A stretch of 64,000 nucleotides of DNA from Thermoanaerobaculia bacterium (GCA_963719225.1 CAVRAY010000001.1:3814253-3878252); one strand, 5' to 3'. Counted from the first letter of the stretch, positions 1 to 12,193 are shown. The notes: a model not told the origin generated them from the sequence alone. Numbers and translations are program-made.

Positions 1-1757
1 CCGCCGAGGGCGCGATGGACGCCGGCAACATGCTGAAGCCCGCGCTCGCGCGCGGAGACCTGCGCGCGATCGGCGCGACGACGATCGGCGAGTACCGCAA
101 GCACATCGAAAAGGATCCCGCTCTCGAGCGGCGCTTCCAGCCCGTGCTCGTCGGAGAGCCATCCGTCGAGGACACGATCGCGATTCTCCGCGGGCTCGCG
201 GAGCGCTACGAAGTCCACCACGGCGTGAAGATCACCGACGCGGCGCTCGTCGCCGCGGCGACGCTCTCCGACCGGTACATCGCCGACCGCTTCCTGCCCG
301 ACAAGGCCATCGACCTCATCGACGAGGCGGCGAGCAAGCTCAAGATGGAGATCGACTCCATGCCGACGGAGATCGACGAGGTCGAGCGGCGCATCCTTCA
401 GGGCGAGATCGAGAAGAAAGCCCTCCAGAAGGACGACGCGAAGGCCGCGAAGGAGCGGCTCAAGAGCCTCGAGCGCACGCTCGCGGAGCTGAAGGAGCGC
501 TCGGCCGGGATGAAGGCGCGCTGGAAGTCCGAGAAGGACGCCATTACCGTCATCCGTGACCTCAAGAAGAAGGTCGACGAGACGAAGGTCGCGGCCGAGG
601 GGGCGGAGCGCCAGGGCGACCTGAACAAGGCCGCCGAGCTGCGCTACGGCACGCTCACGAAGCTCCAGAAGGACCTCGAGACGGCGTCCGCCCGCCTCGC
701 CGATCTCCAGAAGAACGGCGCCATCCTGCGCGAGCAGGTCGAAGAGGAAGACATCGCTTCGATCGTCTCGAAGTGGACCGGCGTGCCCGTCTCCAAGATG
801 GTCGAGGGCGAGACGCAGAAGCTCCTGAAGATGGACGAGCGGCTGAAGCTGCGCGTCATCGGCCAGGACGAGGCCGTGCAGGCCGTATCCGCGGCCGTCC
901 GCCGGGCCCGCGCCGGCATGAAGGATCCGAAGCGGCCCATCGGCTCGTTCCTCTTCCTCGGCCCCACGGGCGTCGGAAAGACGGAGCTCGCCCGGGCGCT
1001 CGCGGAATTCCTCTTCGACGACGAGCACGCGATGGTGCGCCTCGACATGTCCGAGTATCAGGAGAAGCACACGGTCTCCCGGATGATCGGGGCGCCTCCC
1101 GGCTACATCGGCCACGACGAGGGCGGCCAGCTCACGGAAGCCGTTCGCCGCCGGCCCTATTCCGTGGTCCTCTTCGACGAGATCGAGAAGGCCCATCCCG
1201 ACGTCTGGTCCGTCCTTCTGCAGGTGCTCGACGACGGGCGCCTCACGGACGGCAAGGGCCGCGCCGTGGACTTCAAGAACGTCGTCATCGTCATGACGTC
1301 GAACGTGGCGAGCCCGATCATCCAGGAGATGCAGGGCGTCGACGAGAAGGCGCTCAAGACGCGCGTCGAGGCCGAGCTGCGCAACCACTTCCGGCCCGAG
1401 TTCCTGAACCGGATCGACGACATCGTCGTGTTCCGGCGCCTGGAGCTCGCCGACATCGAGCAGATCGTCGGCCTGCAGCTCCGGCACGTCGCCGAGCTCG
1501 TGGCGGCGCGCGGCGTGAAGCTCGCCTGGACGGACCCCGTGAAGACGTGGCTCGCGCGCGAGGCGTTCGACCCGCTCTACGGCGCCCGCCCTCTCAAACG
1601 AAACATCCAGAAGCTCGTTCAGGACCCGTTGGCGCTGAAGCTCCTCGCGGGCGACATCCACGAGGGCTCCGCGGTGACCCTCGCGCTCGCTCCGGGGGGC
1701 TCGGCGCTCGAGTTCCGGACCGAGCCGGCCGAACGGGCTGCCGCGAAGGCCCGATGA
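1..1757 (+). CDS. clpB: ATP-dependent chaperone ClpB (5' part outside window)
   Basis: [18 protein letters not shown] in NBD1, coiled-coil middle domain (AAELRYG), NBD2 Walker [17 protein letters not shown] pore loop, GARPLKR. Confidence 0.97.
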   Translation, partial: AEGAMDAGNMLKPALARGDLRAIGATTIGEYRKHIEKDPALERRFQPVLVGEPSVEDTIAILRGLAERYEVHHGVKITDAALVAAATLSDRYIADRFLPDKAIDLIDEAASKLKMEIDSMPTEIDEVERRILQGEIEKKALQKDDAKAAKERLKSLERTLAELKERSAGMKARWKSEKDAITVIRDLKKKVDETKVAAEGAERQGDLNKAAELRYGTLTKLQKDLETASARLADLQKNGAILREQVEEEDIASIVSKWTGVPVSKMVEGETQKLLKMDERLKLRVIGQDEAVQAVSAAVRRARAGMKDPKRPIGSFLFLGPTGVGKTELARALAEFLFDDEHAMVRLDMSEYQEKHTVSRMIGAPPGYIGHDEGGQLTEAVRRRPYSVVLFDEIEKAHPDVWSVLLQVLDDGRLTDGKGRAVDFKNVVIVMTSNVASPIIQEMQGVDEKALKTRVEAELRNHFRPEFLNRIDDIVVFRRLELADIEQIVGLQLRHVAELVAARGVKLAWTDPVKTWLAREAFDPLYGARPLKRNIQKLVQDPLALKLLAGDIHEGSAVTLALAPGGSALEFRTEPAERAAAKAR

Positions 1758-1774
1758 CCAAGGAGGAAAGAGAA

Positions 1775-2254
1775 ATGAACCTGATCCGTTGGAACGATCC
1801 CTTTCGTGAGCTCGCGAGTCTTCAGAACCGCCTGAACCAGGCCTTCGACTCGACGCTCACGCGCCCGAACCGGAACGAGGAAGAGCTCTTCACCGGGACC
1901 TGGGCCCCGCCCGTCGACATCATGGAGACGAAGGACAAGACGATCCTGAAAGCGGAGCTTCCCGGCTTCAAGGAGAACCAGATCCTGGTCCGGTTCGAGG
2001 ACGGCGTCCTCTCCCTCGAGGGCGAGCGCAAGTTCGAGAAGGACAACGGCGACGAGAACTATCACCGCGTCGAGCGGAGCTACGGGAAGTTCGTCCGCTC
2101 CTTCACGATCCCGTCGAACGTCGACAACGAGCACATCTCGGCGGCGTTCGACAACGGCGTTCTCACCGTCGAGCTGCCGAAGCGCGAGGAGACGAAGCCG
2201 AAGCAGATCAAGATCACGCCGGTGAAGCCGGCCCTCGAGGCCCAGAAGAGGTAA
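1775..2254 (+). CDS. Hsp20/alpha-crystallin small heat shock protein
   Basis: AGGAGG RBS then ATG 1775; [33 protein letters not shown] and C-terminal IxI (QIKI). Confidence 0.95.
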   Translation: MNLIRWNDPFRELASLQNRLNQAFDSTLTRPNRNEEELFTGTWAPPVDIMETKDKTILKAELPGFKENQILVRFEDGVLSLEGERKFEKDNGDENYHRVERSYGKFVRSFTIPSNVDNEHISAAFDNGVLTVELPKREETKPKQIKITPVKPALEAQKR

Positions 2255-2301
2255 CCCCGAAAGGGGGTCAGGGGGAAAACCGGGGTCCGGTTTTCCCCCT
2301 G
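2255..2301. repeat. Double stem-loop after hsp20 (CCCC-GAAA-GGGG plus perfect 15-bp inverted repeat); possible terminator or REP-like element
   Basis: CAGGGGGAAAACCGG (2269-2283) / CCGGTTTTCCCCCTG (2287-2301), 3-nt loop; no U-tract. Confidence 0.6.
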
Positions 2302-2357
2302 CTGCTGAACATCTCCCGGACGTAGACTTCCCGTCCACCAAGGACCTCCTGAAGGAG

Positions 2358-3785
2358 ATGAAGCCTACGGACCAGGATCCCCCCGAGAAGACGGAGCGCG
2401 AGCTGCGGACGATCCTCGAGACGATCCCTGCCTTCGTCTGGACCGCCCGGCCGGATGGCGCGATCGACTTCATTACCGGCCGCCTGTTCGCGCAGACGGG
2501 TCTTCGCAGGGACGAGACCCTCATGTGGGAGTGGGCGAAGGTGCTCCATCCGGAGGACCGCGAACGCGTCGTGCAGGACTGGCGGGACGCCATGGCCGCG
2601 GGGCGTGCCCCCGATCAGGAAATGCGGATCCGCGGCGCGGATGGGAACTATCGATGGTTCCTGACCCGTTCCGCCCCGCTTCGGGACGACAAGGGGGCGA
2701 TCCTCCGGTGGTACGGCACGCTCACGGACATCGATGTCCGCAAACGCGCGGAACAGGAGCTGCAGAAGCTCAAGGATCAGCTCCAGAAAGAGAACTTGGC
2801 CCTCCGCGACGAGGTCAGCCAGACCTCGATGTTCGAGGAGATCGTCGGCTCTTCGGGGCCGCTGCGGCGGGTGCTCGTGCTCGTGAGCAAGGTGGCGAGC
2901 ACCGATTCGACCGTCCTCATCACCGGTGAGACCGGCACCGGGAAGGAGCTGGTCGCGCGCGCCATTCACCGGCGGTCGCCCCGGGCCTCGCGGCCGTTCG
3001 TGTCCGTCAACTGCGGCGCTGTTCCGCCGACCCTGATCACCTCGGAGCTTTTCGGCTACGAGAAAGGGGCGTTCACGGGCGCGGCGCAGCGCCACCTCGG
3101 CCGCTTCGAGCTGGCCGACGGGGGGACCATCTTTCTCGACGAGGCGGGGGAGCTCCCGCAGGAGACGCAGATCGCCCTGCTCCGCGTCCTGCAGGAGCGC
3201 GCCTTCGAGCGCGTCGGCGGCAGCCAGTCCATCCCGGTTGACGTCCGCGTCATCGCGGCGACGAACCGCGACCTCGACAAGGCCATCGCGGACGGCGCGT
3301 TCCGGAGCGACCTCTACTACAGGCTCAACGTCTTTCCGATCCACGTGCCGCCGCTGAGGGACCGCGCCGAGGACATCCCGCTCCTCGTCGAGTACCTCAC
3401 ACAGCGTTACGCGGCGAAGGTGGGGAAGCGGATCACGGAGGTGAGCCGGAAAGCCATGGATCTGCTCCGGTCCTACGACTGGCCGGGAAACGTTCGCGAA
3501 TTGCAGAACGTCATCCAGCGGGCGGTGATCCTGAGCGAGGGCACGCTGGCCGTCGACGAGACGTGGTTCACCCGGCCGGCTGCGCGAACTGCGGGCGGCG
3601 CGCGCCCGCTCGGCCGGTTGAGCAGCCGCGAAGAGAAGGAGTGGATCGAGAGCGCCCTCGCGCGGTCGCGTGGCCGCGTCTCCGGCCTGGACGGCGCAGC
3701 GGCCGAGCTCGGCATCCCCCGGTCCACGCTCGAATCGAAGATCCGTTCGCTGCACATCGACAAGCATCGATTCAAGGCCGGATAG
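2358..3785 (+). CDS. Sigma54-dependent transcriptional activator (PAS + AAA+ + HTH, FhlA-like)
   Basis: N-terminal PAS ([14 protein letters not shown]), [25 protein letters not shown]-terminal [16 protein letters not shown]. Confidence 0.95.
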   Translation: MKPTDQDPPEKTERELRTILETIPAFVWTARPDGAIDFITGRLFAQTGLRRDETLMWEWAKVLHPEDRERVVQDWRDAMAAGRAPDQEMRIRGADGNYRWFLTRSAPLRDDKGAILRWYGTLTDIDVRKRAEQELQKLKDQLQKENLALRDEVSQTSMFEEIVGSSGPLRRVLVLVSKVASTDSTVLITGETGTGKELVARAIHRRSPRASRPFVSVNCGAVPPTLITSELFGYEKGAFTGAAQRHLGRFELADGGTIFLDEAGELPQETQIALLRVLQERAFERVGGSQSIPVDVRVIAATNRDLDKAIADGAFRSDLYYRLNVFPIHVPPLRDRAEDIPLLVEYLTQRYAAKVGKRITEVSRKAMDLLRSYDWPGNVRELQNVIQRAVILSEGTLAVDETWFTRPAARTAGGARPLGRLSSREEKEWIESALARSRGRVSGLDGAAAELGIPRSTLESKIRSLHIDKHRFKAG

Positions 3786-3884
3786 GCCGGGGGCTCGGGC
3801 GAATGGCGGTGTCGAAACCCGCCAATTGCCGAGGTTCGCCATCGGGCGCTGCGCTCAAGTGATTCGGCGTCAACAGCTTCACGC

Positions 3885-3899
3885 TGGCACCGCGGTTGC
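3885..3899 (+). promoter_or_regulatory. Sigma54 (-24/-12) promoter
   Basis: TGGCAC-CGCGG-TTGC matches TGGCAC-N5-TTGC; lies directly downstream of the activator and 15 nt before ORF 3914. Confidence 0.85.
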
Positions 3900-3913
3900 G
3901 CTAGAGGCAATCG

Positions 3914-4189
3914 ATGGTTCTGAGGATTGAGCCCGCCCCGAACGACTCGCCGACGCTTCTCAAGCTCGTCGGGAGGATCGCCTCGCCGGACGTCCAAGAG
4001 CTGAAGGCCCTGATCGCGGAGATGCCGAACCCCGTCGCCCTCGACCTCCAAGAGGTGGATCTCGTCGATCTCGACGCGGTCCGCTTCCTGGCGGCGGTCG
4101 AGCGGGGAGGCCTCGAGCTCCGCAACCTTCCGCCCTACGTCCGCGCGTGGGTCCTCCTGGAGAGCGCGAGGCTCGGGGATTCCGAGTGA
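3914..4189 (+). CDS. Small STAS-like hypothetical protein
   Basis: LKLVGRI..VALDLQEVDLVDLDAVRFL..LRNLPPYVRAW resembles the STAS/anti-anti-sigma pattern. Confidence 0.7.
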   Translation: MVLRIEPAPNDSPTLLKLVGRIASPDVQELKALIAEMPNPVALDLQEVDLVDLDAVRFLAAVERGGLELRNLPPYVRAWVLLESARLGDSE

Positions 4190-4227
4190 CGCGCTCTCTA
4201 CCGACGAACCCAAAAGGAGAAACGGAA

Positions 4228-4947
4228 ATGGAACGGATGCTGGTCGTGGTTTTTGACAATGAGAAGAAGGCCTTCGAGGGCGAGTCGGCCCTCAAACAGC
4301 TGGAGCGCGAAAGTAGCTTCAGCATTTACGCGGGCGCGGTGGTCGTCAAGCATGCGGACGGCACTGTCAGCGTCAAGCAGCTCGAAGACTCCGGGCCGAT
4401 CGGCACGCTCACGGGGACGGCCGTGGGCAGTCTGATCGGGGTGCTGGGTGGGCCGGTGGGGCTGGCCTTCGGTGCCGCATCGGGCCTCGCGCTCGGTGCG
4501 CTCTACGACGTCGACAACGCCCGCGTCGGCGAGGACTTCCTCGACGACGTCTCGAAGTCGCTCACGCCGAACAAGGTCGCGGTCGTCGCGGAGGTGGAGG
4601 AAGAGTGGACGACGCCTGTCGACACGCGGATGGAGGCGCTCGGCGGGACCGTGCTGCGCCGCACTCTCTGGGAGGTGGAAAACACCATGAACGAACAGGA
4701 GAGCGCCGCGATGAAGGCTGATCTCGAGCAGCTCAAGAGCGAGATCTCGAAGGCCCATGCCGACCGTAAGGCAAAGCTTCAAAAGAAGATCGCCGAGCTC
4801 GAGACGAAGATCGACGCGCAGCAGAAGAAGACGATCCAGCGGCGTGAAGCCTTCGAAGCTCGCCAGAAGGCGAAGAAGGACGTCCTCAAGCAGAACGCGA
4901 AAGTCGCCGCGGGCGCGCTCAAGCAGCTCGCGAACACCCCGGTCTGA
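4228..4947 (+). CDS. DUF1269-family membrane protein with C-terminal coiled coil
   Basis: AGGAG RBS; glycine-zipper GTAVGSLIGVLGGPVGLAFGAASG; EEEWTTPVDTRMEALGG. Confidence 0.8.
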   Translation: MERMLVVVFDNEKKAFEGESALKQLERESSFSIYAGAVVVKHADGTVSVKQLEDSGPIGTLTGTAVGSLIGVLGGPVGLAFGAASGLALGALYDVDNARVGEDFLDDVSKSLTPNKVAVVAEVEEEWTTPVDTRMEALGGTVLRRTLWEVENTMNEQESAAMKADLEQLKSEISKAHADRKAKLQKKIAELETKIDAQQKKTIQRREAFEARQKAKKDVLKQNAKVAAGALKQLANTPV

Positions 4948-4979
4948 ACGAACTCAAGACGCATAAGGAGAAACTGACA

Positions 4980-5552
4980 ATGACCTCGCCTCTCTCTCAC
5001 CAGGTTTCGAAGCAGGCCGGCTGGAGCCTCTTCATGGGCATCCTCACGGCCGCGATCGGCGTCGCCATGATCCTCTACCCGATGGCGACCGCCACCGTCT
5101 CCACGCTGTTCTTCGGGTGGTCCCTCATCCTCGCCGGCGCCGCGCAGGTTGTCTTCGCGTTCAGCTCGCAGTCGGTGGGGAACTTCTTCCTGAAGCTCCT
5201 CCTCGGCATCCTCTACGGCATCGGCGGCATCGCGCTCGTCGCGTTCCTGCCCGCGGGCGTGCTCACGCTGACCGCGGCCGTCGGGATCATGCTGGTCGCG
5301 GACGCGTTCATCGAGATCGTCCTCGCGTTCTCGGTCCCGGTCGGAGGAGGTCGCGGCTGGTTCGTGACCAGCGCGATCGCGAGCGGGTTGCTCGGCGTTC
5401 TGATCCTCGGCTCGTGGCCCAACAGCGCCGTCTGGACGATCGGGACGATGGTCGGCGTGGCGGTTCTGTTCAACGGCATCTCGCGGGTCGTGATCTCCGG
5501 CGCCGTGCTCAAAGGGGTGCACGATTTCGAGCAGGTCCCGAAGGTCGCGTGA
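4980..5552 (+). CDS. HdeD/DUF308 family membrane protein
   Basis: AGGAG RBS; about 6 hydrophobic segments; WP..AVWTIGTMVGV..LFNG motif. Confidence 0.85.
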   Translation: MTSPLSHQVSKQAGWSLFMGILTAAIGVAMILYPMATATVSTLFFGWSLILAGAAQVVFAFSSQSVGNFFLKLLLGILYGIGGIALVAFLPAGVLTLTAAVGIMLVADAFIEIVLAFSVPVGGGRGWFVTSAIASGLLGVLILGSWPNSAVWTIGTMVGVAVLFNGISRVVISGAVLKGVHDFEQVPKVA

Positions 5553-5564
5553 TGATCTCGGGCG

Positions 5565-5603
5565 TGCGTCCGCGAGAGCCGCTGCCGTGCTCTCGCGGAC
5601 GCA
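5565..5603. repeat. Intergenic stem-loop (15-bp perfect inverted repeat)
   Basis: TGCGTCCGCGAGAGC (5565-5579) / GCTCTCGCGGACGCA (5589-5603). Confidence 0.6.
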
Positions 5604-5661
5604 GCCGCATTGCTGCGAGGAAGCACGAGCTTCCGCACCTCGAAGAAAGGGTAAGTTCGTC

Positions 5662-6024
5662 ATGGCCACCGCACTCTGGATCGCACAGGGATTCGCCGCG
5701 CTCGTCTTCCTCATCACGGGCACTCTCAAACTGGTGACGCCGAAGGAGAAGCTCGCCGGGAAGATGCACTGGGCCGCGACGTGGCCGCCCGGCCGCATCA
5801 AACTGCTCGGTCTCGCCGAGGTGGCGGGCGCGGTCGGGCTCGTGCTCCCGGCGGCGCTGCACATCGCGCCCGTGCTCACGCCGATCGCAGGGGTGTGCCT
5901 GGCCGTGCTGATGCTCGGCGCCATCCAGACCCACCGGCGTCTTCGCGAAAGCTCCGCCCCGGCCCTGGTGCTCTCGCTCGTCTGCGTCGCGATCGCAGCG
6001 GGCCGGTTCCATCTCGGAGGATAG
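5662..6024 (+). CDS. DoxX-like family membrane protein
   Basis: [43 protein letters not shown]. Confidence 0.85.
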   Translation: MATALWIAQGFAALVFLITGTLKLVTPKEKLAGKMHWAATWPPGRIKLLGLAEVAGAVGLVLPAALHIAPVLTPIAGVCLAVLMLGAIQTHRRLRESSAPALVLSLVCVAIAAGRFHLGG

Positions 6025-6035
6025 AAAGGCTCGCA

Positions 6036-7622
<1,587 letters not shown>

Positions 7623-7626
7623 GCAC

Positions 7627-8547
7627 ATGCTGCGCATCGCCCACGTCTCTGACGTCCACGTTCTGTCCCGCCTCGGCGCCGAGTGGCGCCGCATGCTCTT
7701 CAACAAGCGGATCTCGGGATGGGCGAACGTCGTCCTCCGGCGCGGGCGCGTCCACCGGCGCGAGTACCTGCTGGCCGTGCTCGAGGAGGCCGCCGCGCGC
7801 TCCGACCACGTCGTCGTGACGGGCGACGTCACGAACATGGCGCACGAAAGCGAGTATCTCGAGGCGCGCCGCCTGCTCGACGACGTCGCCCGCCGGGTCG
7901 AGGTGTCGGTCGTGCCGGGGAACCACGACATCTACCTGCCGGCTGTCGGACGCGAGCGCCGGTTCCCGCATCACTTTGCTCCGTTCGTCACCGGCGAGCG
8001 TGCCGCTCTTGCGGTCCCGCTGCCGGCCGGCGACTACCCGTTCGTGAGGCTGCGTGGGCCGGCGGCGATCATCGGCCTTTCGAGCGCCGTCCCGCGCCCG
8101 CCGTTCGTGTCGGGCGGCGTCCTCGGCCGCGAGCAGCTCGCCGCGCTCGAGAGTCTCCTCGCGCTCCCCGAGGTCGCGTCACGCACACCCGTTCTCCTCC
8201 TCCACCATCCCCCGGTGGACGCGCGGAGCATCGTCGCCCGGCTGCGCGACGGCCTGATCGACGCGGATCGGCTCCGGACCGCCCTGGATCGCCTCCCGCG
8301 CGGGCTGATCCTCTTCGGGCACGTCCACGCGAGGTCGCACGTCGCGCTCCGGACCTCGACGGGGACTCTCGACGTCGTCTCCGCGAGCGGCGCCGCGCTC
8401 GACCACCCCGATCCGCGGATCCGGGCCGGTTTCAACCTCTACGAGATCGCGAGGGACGGGGCGGTGGCGGGCGTCGAGTCGTACGCCCTCGACGCGTCGG
8501 GGAAGGGCTTCTCCCGCGTGGCGATGCCCGGGAGGATCGCCTCGTGA
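7627..8547 (+). CDS. Calcineurin-like metallophosphoesterase
   Basis: SDVH, TGDVT, PGNHD, HHPP, GHVH motifs. Confidence 0.9.
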   Translation: MLRIAHVSDVHVLSRLGAEWRRMLFNKRISGWANVVLRRGRVHRREYLLAVLEEAAARSDHVVVTGDVTNMAHESEYLEARRLLDDVARRVEVSVVPGNHDIYLPAVGRERRFPHHFAPFVTGERAALAVPLPAGDYPFVRLRGPAAIIGLSSAVPRPPFVSGGVLGREQLAALESLLALPEVASRTPVLLLHHPPVDARSIVARLRDGLIDADRLRTALDRLPRGLILFGHVHARSHVALRTSTGTLDVVSASGAALDHPDPRIRAGFNLYEIARDGAVAGVESYALDASGKGFSRVAMPGRIAS

Positions 8548-11192
8548 GCTACCGCCGCGTCCTCCTGATCGTCGAGCTCGGGGGCGACGTGGCGCCCGCC
8601 ACCGCGGCGATCCGGCGGCTCGCCCCAGAGGCCGAGCGGCTCGTCGTGGTGGCGCGCGCCCCCGGCCGCGACATCACGATGCTGTCTCACGACGCGCCCG
8701 GGGACCGGAACGCCGCGGCGTCGCTCGCCGCGCTGCGCGCGGCTACGGCCCGCCTTTCGCTCCGCGCCGAGGTGATGCTCGCCGAGGAGCTCGGCACCGA
8801 CGCGCTCGCCGCGCTCTCGAAAGCCGCCGGGATCGATCTCGTCGCCGCCGCGGGACTTCCCGCGAACGCGATTCCGCTCGTCGCCGGGCTCCGCAAGCGT
8901 CTGACGCTCCCGGTCCTCTGGATCGGCGACGCGCCCGCAGCCGAGGGGCCGATGCGCGAGATCGTGTGCGCGGCGTTCGGCTCGCGGGCACGAGGCGCGG
9001 TCGCCGCCTTCCTACGCGATCACGGGAGCACTGACGTCCGATGCACGATTCTCGGACCGCGCATCCCCGACGCCCGTCTCATCGAGGCGCTCGCTGTGGC
9101 CGGGATCGCGGCCCGCGTCGAGTTCGCATCGCCCGGCGCGGCGCGCCTCCCGGCGCCGGACCTCCTCGTGCTGCCGCGTTTTCCGGGCGCACTCCTTGCG
9201 GTCTCGTCGCGGCGGGCGCCCGTCCTCGTGCTCCCTCCTCTCATGGCGCCGCAGACCTTCAGGCGAAGGATCGATGTGGCGGACGCCGTCGATCTCGGCG
9301 AGCCGGTCCGAATCCGGATCACGCACGACGCGGGCGCGGGAAGGCTCGATCCGATCCCGGATCAGGAGATCGCGTTCGTGGCACGCGGCCGAACGGCCGG
9401 CAGAGCCGGGAGCCTTGACGGATTCGCGGAGCTCCCCGCCGACGGCGCGGATTCGTTCGGCCTGTTCCGGACAGCGGAAGCCCCGGGCTCCGACCCCGTC
9501 GCGGCCGTAGAGCAGCGCATCGGGGTGATCCGGCCCGGCCCCGGGCCGCTCGGACTCTTCGACGCGGAGCTGGCGGACGACGGCCTCGCGCGCCTCGCGC
9601 GGATCGGCGGCCCCGGCGGACCCGATCTCCTCGCCGTGCGCCTGCGCCCGGTCCGAAGCTGTAAGTCGATTCGCGCGAGGCTCGCGTCGTTCGGCCTCGC
9701 CGAGGTCGTCGCCGACGCGAGCGCCGTTCTCGACGAGGGCGCGGCGCTCGACGTGCCCGGGGAGGCGGATCCGGTGCGGCTCGCTCGCGTCGCGGCCCGG
9801 ATGCGCGGCGCCGGGTTCCCGGTCGCCTCGGTGGTTCACGGGGGCCTTCACACGCCCCGCACGACCGGATTCGCCGCCCTCCGGGCCGACGAGGTGGCCG
9901 CGGCGTTGCCGCTCTCCTTCGACCCTCCCGCCCGGACACAGGCGCTCGCGTCGCGGCTCGATGCCGCGACGGGCTCCTTGGCGATCCCGGGCAACCGCGT
10001 CGAGTTCGAGCTCGACAACCCGACGGCTCGGGGATGGCTCCTCGACGCACTCGCGCGCGCCACGCGCCGCATCCACTTCCAGGTCTACATGGCGATGGAC
10101 GACGACGTCGGCGGCCCGGTGGAGTCCGCGCTCGCCGCGGCGGCGGCGCGGGGCGTCACGGTGCGGGTCGTCGTCGACTCGCTGCACGGCCTCCACGGCT
10201 CCTTCGGTCTGACGAACCCTCTCCTGACGCGCCTCGGCGCCCGGCCAGGCGTGGAGGTGCGTCTGACGCGCCCCGTCACCGGCGCGCCGTCGATCGAGGA
10301 CCTGAAGCAGCGCGACCACCGGAAGGTCGTCGTCGTGGACAGCCGCCTCGCTCTCGTCGGCGGACGGAACCTCTCTCACGAGTACTACGCGGGCTTCGAC
10401 GAGGTGGCGCTCGGGCCCGCCTCGCTCTGGCGCGAGGTGCCGTGGCTCGACGCCGGGGCCCGGGTGGAAGGACCGGCGGTCGAGGCGCTCGAGCGCTCGT
10501 TCCTCGACGCGTGGACCGCCGCCGGGGGCTCGCCGTTCGACGTGGCGCCGCAGGAACCGGCGGGGGGCGCGGCGGCGCGGGTCGTCGTGCACCACGGTCT
10601 TCGCGACGCGGCGACGCTCGAAACCTACCTCGCGCTCATCGACGCCGCCCGCTCGCACGTCTGGACCGTGAACGGCTTCCCGCTCGTCCTCGAGATTCAG
10701 CACGCGCTCCTCCGCGCGATCGCCCGGGGCGTCACGGTGCGCGCGATCGTCGGCCACACGACACCGACGCACGAGGAGACCCCTTTCCACGGGCCCTGGA
10801 GCACGGCGCGGCAGGCCGCGAGCGAGCTCGTGGACTCGCGCCTCGACGCCCTCGTCGCGGCCGGGGCCGAGGTGTACCGGCTCGGGGTCCGCGAGCGCCC
10901 GGGCTGGGCCGCGGGGCTCGGCACCGTGCACCCGCACGTGCACGCCAAGGTCGTGAGCGTGGACGGCCGCGTCTGCTCCGTCGGGAGCGCCAACCTCGAC
11001 GTCACGGCCGCCTACTGGGAGGACGAGCTCCTGCTCGTCGTCGAGGACGAGACGGTCGCGGGTCGTCTCGAGGCGCGTCTCGAGGAGATCGCCCGCGGCT
11101 CCGAGCGGATCGTGCCCGAAGATCCACGCTGGCGCGAGGCGGCGCGGCGGCGGACGTGGATGCTCCGCTGGCCGGGAATGCTGTCGGTCTGA
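8544..11192 (+). CDS. Phospholipase D (cardiolipin synthase-like) protein with long uncharacterised N-terminal region
   Basis: GTGA overlap with the upstream stop; two HKD motifs (DHRKVVVVD..GGRN, HAKVVSVD..GSAN) in the C-terminal ~410 aa. Confidence 0.85.
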   Translation: MSYRRVLLIVELGGDVAPATAAIRRLAPEAERLVVVARAPGRDITMLSHDAPGDRNAAASLAALRAATARLSLRAEVMLAEELGTDALAALSKAAGIDLVAAAGLPANAIPLVAGLRKRLTLPVLWIGDAPAAEGPMREIVCAAFGSRARGAVAAFLRDHGSTDVRCTILGPRIPDARLIEALAVAGIAARVEFASPGAARLPAPDLLVLPRFPGALLAVSSRRAPVLVLPPLMAPQTFRRRIDVADAVDLGEPVRIRITHDAGAGRLDPIPDQEIAFVARGRTAGRAGSLDGFAELPADGADSFGLFRTAEAPGSDPVAAVEQRIGVIRPGPGPLGLFDAELADDGLARLARIGGPGGPDLLAVRLRPVRSCKSIRARLASFGLAEVVADASAVLDEGAALDVPGEADPVRLARVAARMRGAGFPVASVVHGGLHTPRTTGFAALRADEVAAALPLSFDPPARTQALASRLDAATGSLAIPGNRVEFELDNPTARGWLLDALARATRRIHFQVYMAMDDDVGGPVESALAAAAARGVTVRVVVDSLHGLHGSFGLTNPLLTRLGARPGVEVRLTRPVTGAPSIEDLKQRDHRKVVVVDSRLALVGGRNLSHEYYAGFDEVALGPASLWREVPWLDAGARVEGPAVEALERSFLDAWTAAGGSPFDVAPQEPAGGAAARVVVHHGLRDAATLETYLALIDAARSHVWTVNGFPLVLEIQHALLRAIARGVTVRAIVGHTTPTHEETPFHGPWSTARQAASELVDSRLDALVAAGAEVYRLGVRERPGWAAGLGTVHPHVHAKVVSVDGRVCSVGSANLDVTAAYWEDELLLVVEDETVAGRLEARLEEIARGSERIVPEDPRWREAARRRTWMLRWPGMLSV

Positions 11193-11203
11193 GGAGGGGA
11201 GAC

Positions 11204-12187
11204 ATGAGAATCGAGAGAACCCGCGGGCCGGCGCGTCTGGCGCCGTTCCCCGTCCACGAAGGCCTCGTCGAGCGCCTCCTCGCCGCACATGCGTTGCCGG
11301 AAGCGCCGCGCGACGAGGTCCTCGCCCACGCCCTCGGCTGCTGCGCGGGCTACGCGTACGCGGACCTCGACACGGTCGCGACGATCGCGAGCCGGGTGGG
11401 GCTCGACGAGTGCGCGGGCGTGCGGCTGACGCAGGTCGTCGACGCGATGCTCGTCTTCTCGACCGCCTATCTTCTCCAGAGCCGGTGCGGGCGCGTCGTG
11501 ATCCTCGGCTACCGCGGCACGGAGCCGTCGAACCTGGGGAATTGGCTCGGCGACGCGGACGTCGGTGCCGCCGCGATGGCGGTCGGGGGCGAGCGGCTCC
11601 GCGTCCCGGCGGGGTTCCACCGCAACGTGCGCGCGACGCGCTGGGCCGTCCTCCAGGAGCTCGGCGCGGCGCTCGAGGGCCGCTCGCTCTTCGATCCTGC
11701 CGCCCGCGTGGATCACCCGATGGACGCGCTCTACGTCACCGGGCATAGCCTCGGTGGGGCGATGGCGGTCCTCTTCGCGCTTTCGATCGCCCAGACCCCG
11801 GAGTGCCGCGCGATCGCGGAGCGGCTCCGCGCCGTCTACACGTTCGGCCAGCCGCTGACGACGGGCGCGCCGCTTCCGGCCGCCGCGAAGGAGCTCGGCA
11901 GGCGCCTCCATCGCCACACCCTCCCGGGCGACCCGGTGCCCGCGCTTCCGCCCGCGTCGTGGTGCCGCCTCGCCCACTTCGGCCGGGAATGGCGCTTCGG
12001 GGACGGGGGCTGGACGGAGCCTTCCGCTCCGGTCGCGCAGCTGACGAGCCTGCCGCGCGCGCTCCTCGCCCTCGCGGGAGGAAAGGTGCCCCGCGGGCTC
12101 TCCTCGGCCCGGGCGCACGCACCGGATCGCTACATCGCCGCGCTGCAGCCGGAGGACCGCGTCACCGAGCTCGGCGATCTGGTCTGA
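11204..12187 (+). CDS. Lipase class 3 family alpha/beta hydrolase
   Basis: GAGGAGG RBS; YRGT lid motif, TGHSLGG nucleophile elbow, YTFGQP, DPVP, AH near the C-terminus. Confidence 0.88.
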   Translation: MRIERTRGPARLAPFPVHEGLVERLLAAHALPEAPRDEVLAHALGCCAGYAYADLDTVATIASRVGLDECAGVRLTQVVDAMLVFSTAYLLQSRCGRVVILGYRGTEPSNLGNWLGDADVGAAAMAVGGERLRVPAGFHRNVRATRWAVLQELGAALEGRSLFDPAARVDHPMDALYVTGHSLGGAMAVLFALSIAQTPECRAIAERLRAVYTFGQPLTTGAPLPAAAKELGRRLHRHTLPGDPVPALPPASWCRLAHFGREWRFGDGGWTEPSAPVAQLTSLPRALLALAGGKVPRGLSSARAHAPDRYIAALQPEDRVTELGDLV

Positions 12188-12193
12188 GCCGTC
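12115..12193 (+). repeat. 79-bp direct repeat, copy 1 (3' end of lipase gene)
   Basis: 77/79 identical to 12887-12965. Confidence 0.95.

Noticed and set aside
1758-1774. ROSE thermometer or CIRCE element for hsp20
   Set aside because: Only 17 nt separate clpB and hsp20, and no CIRCE inverted repeat was seen.
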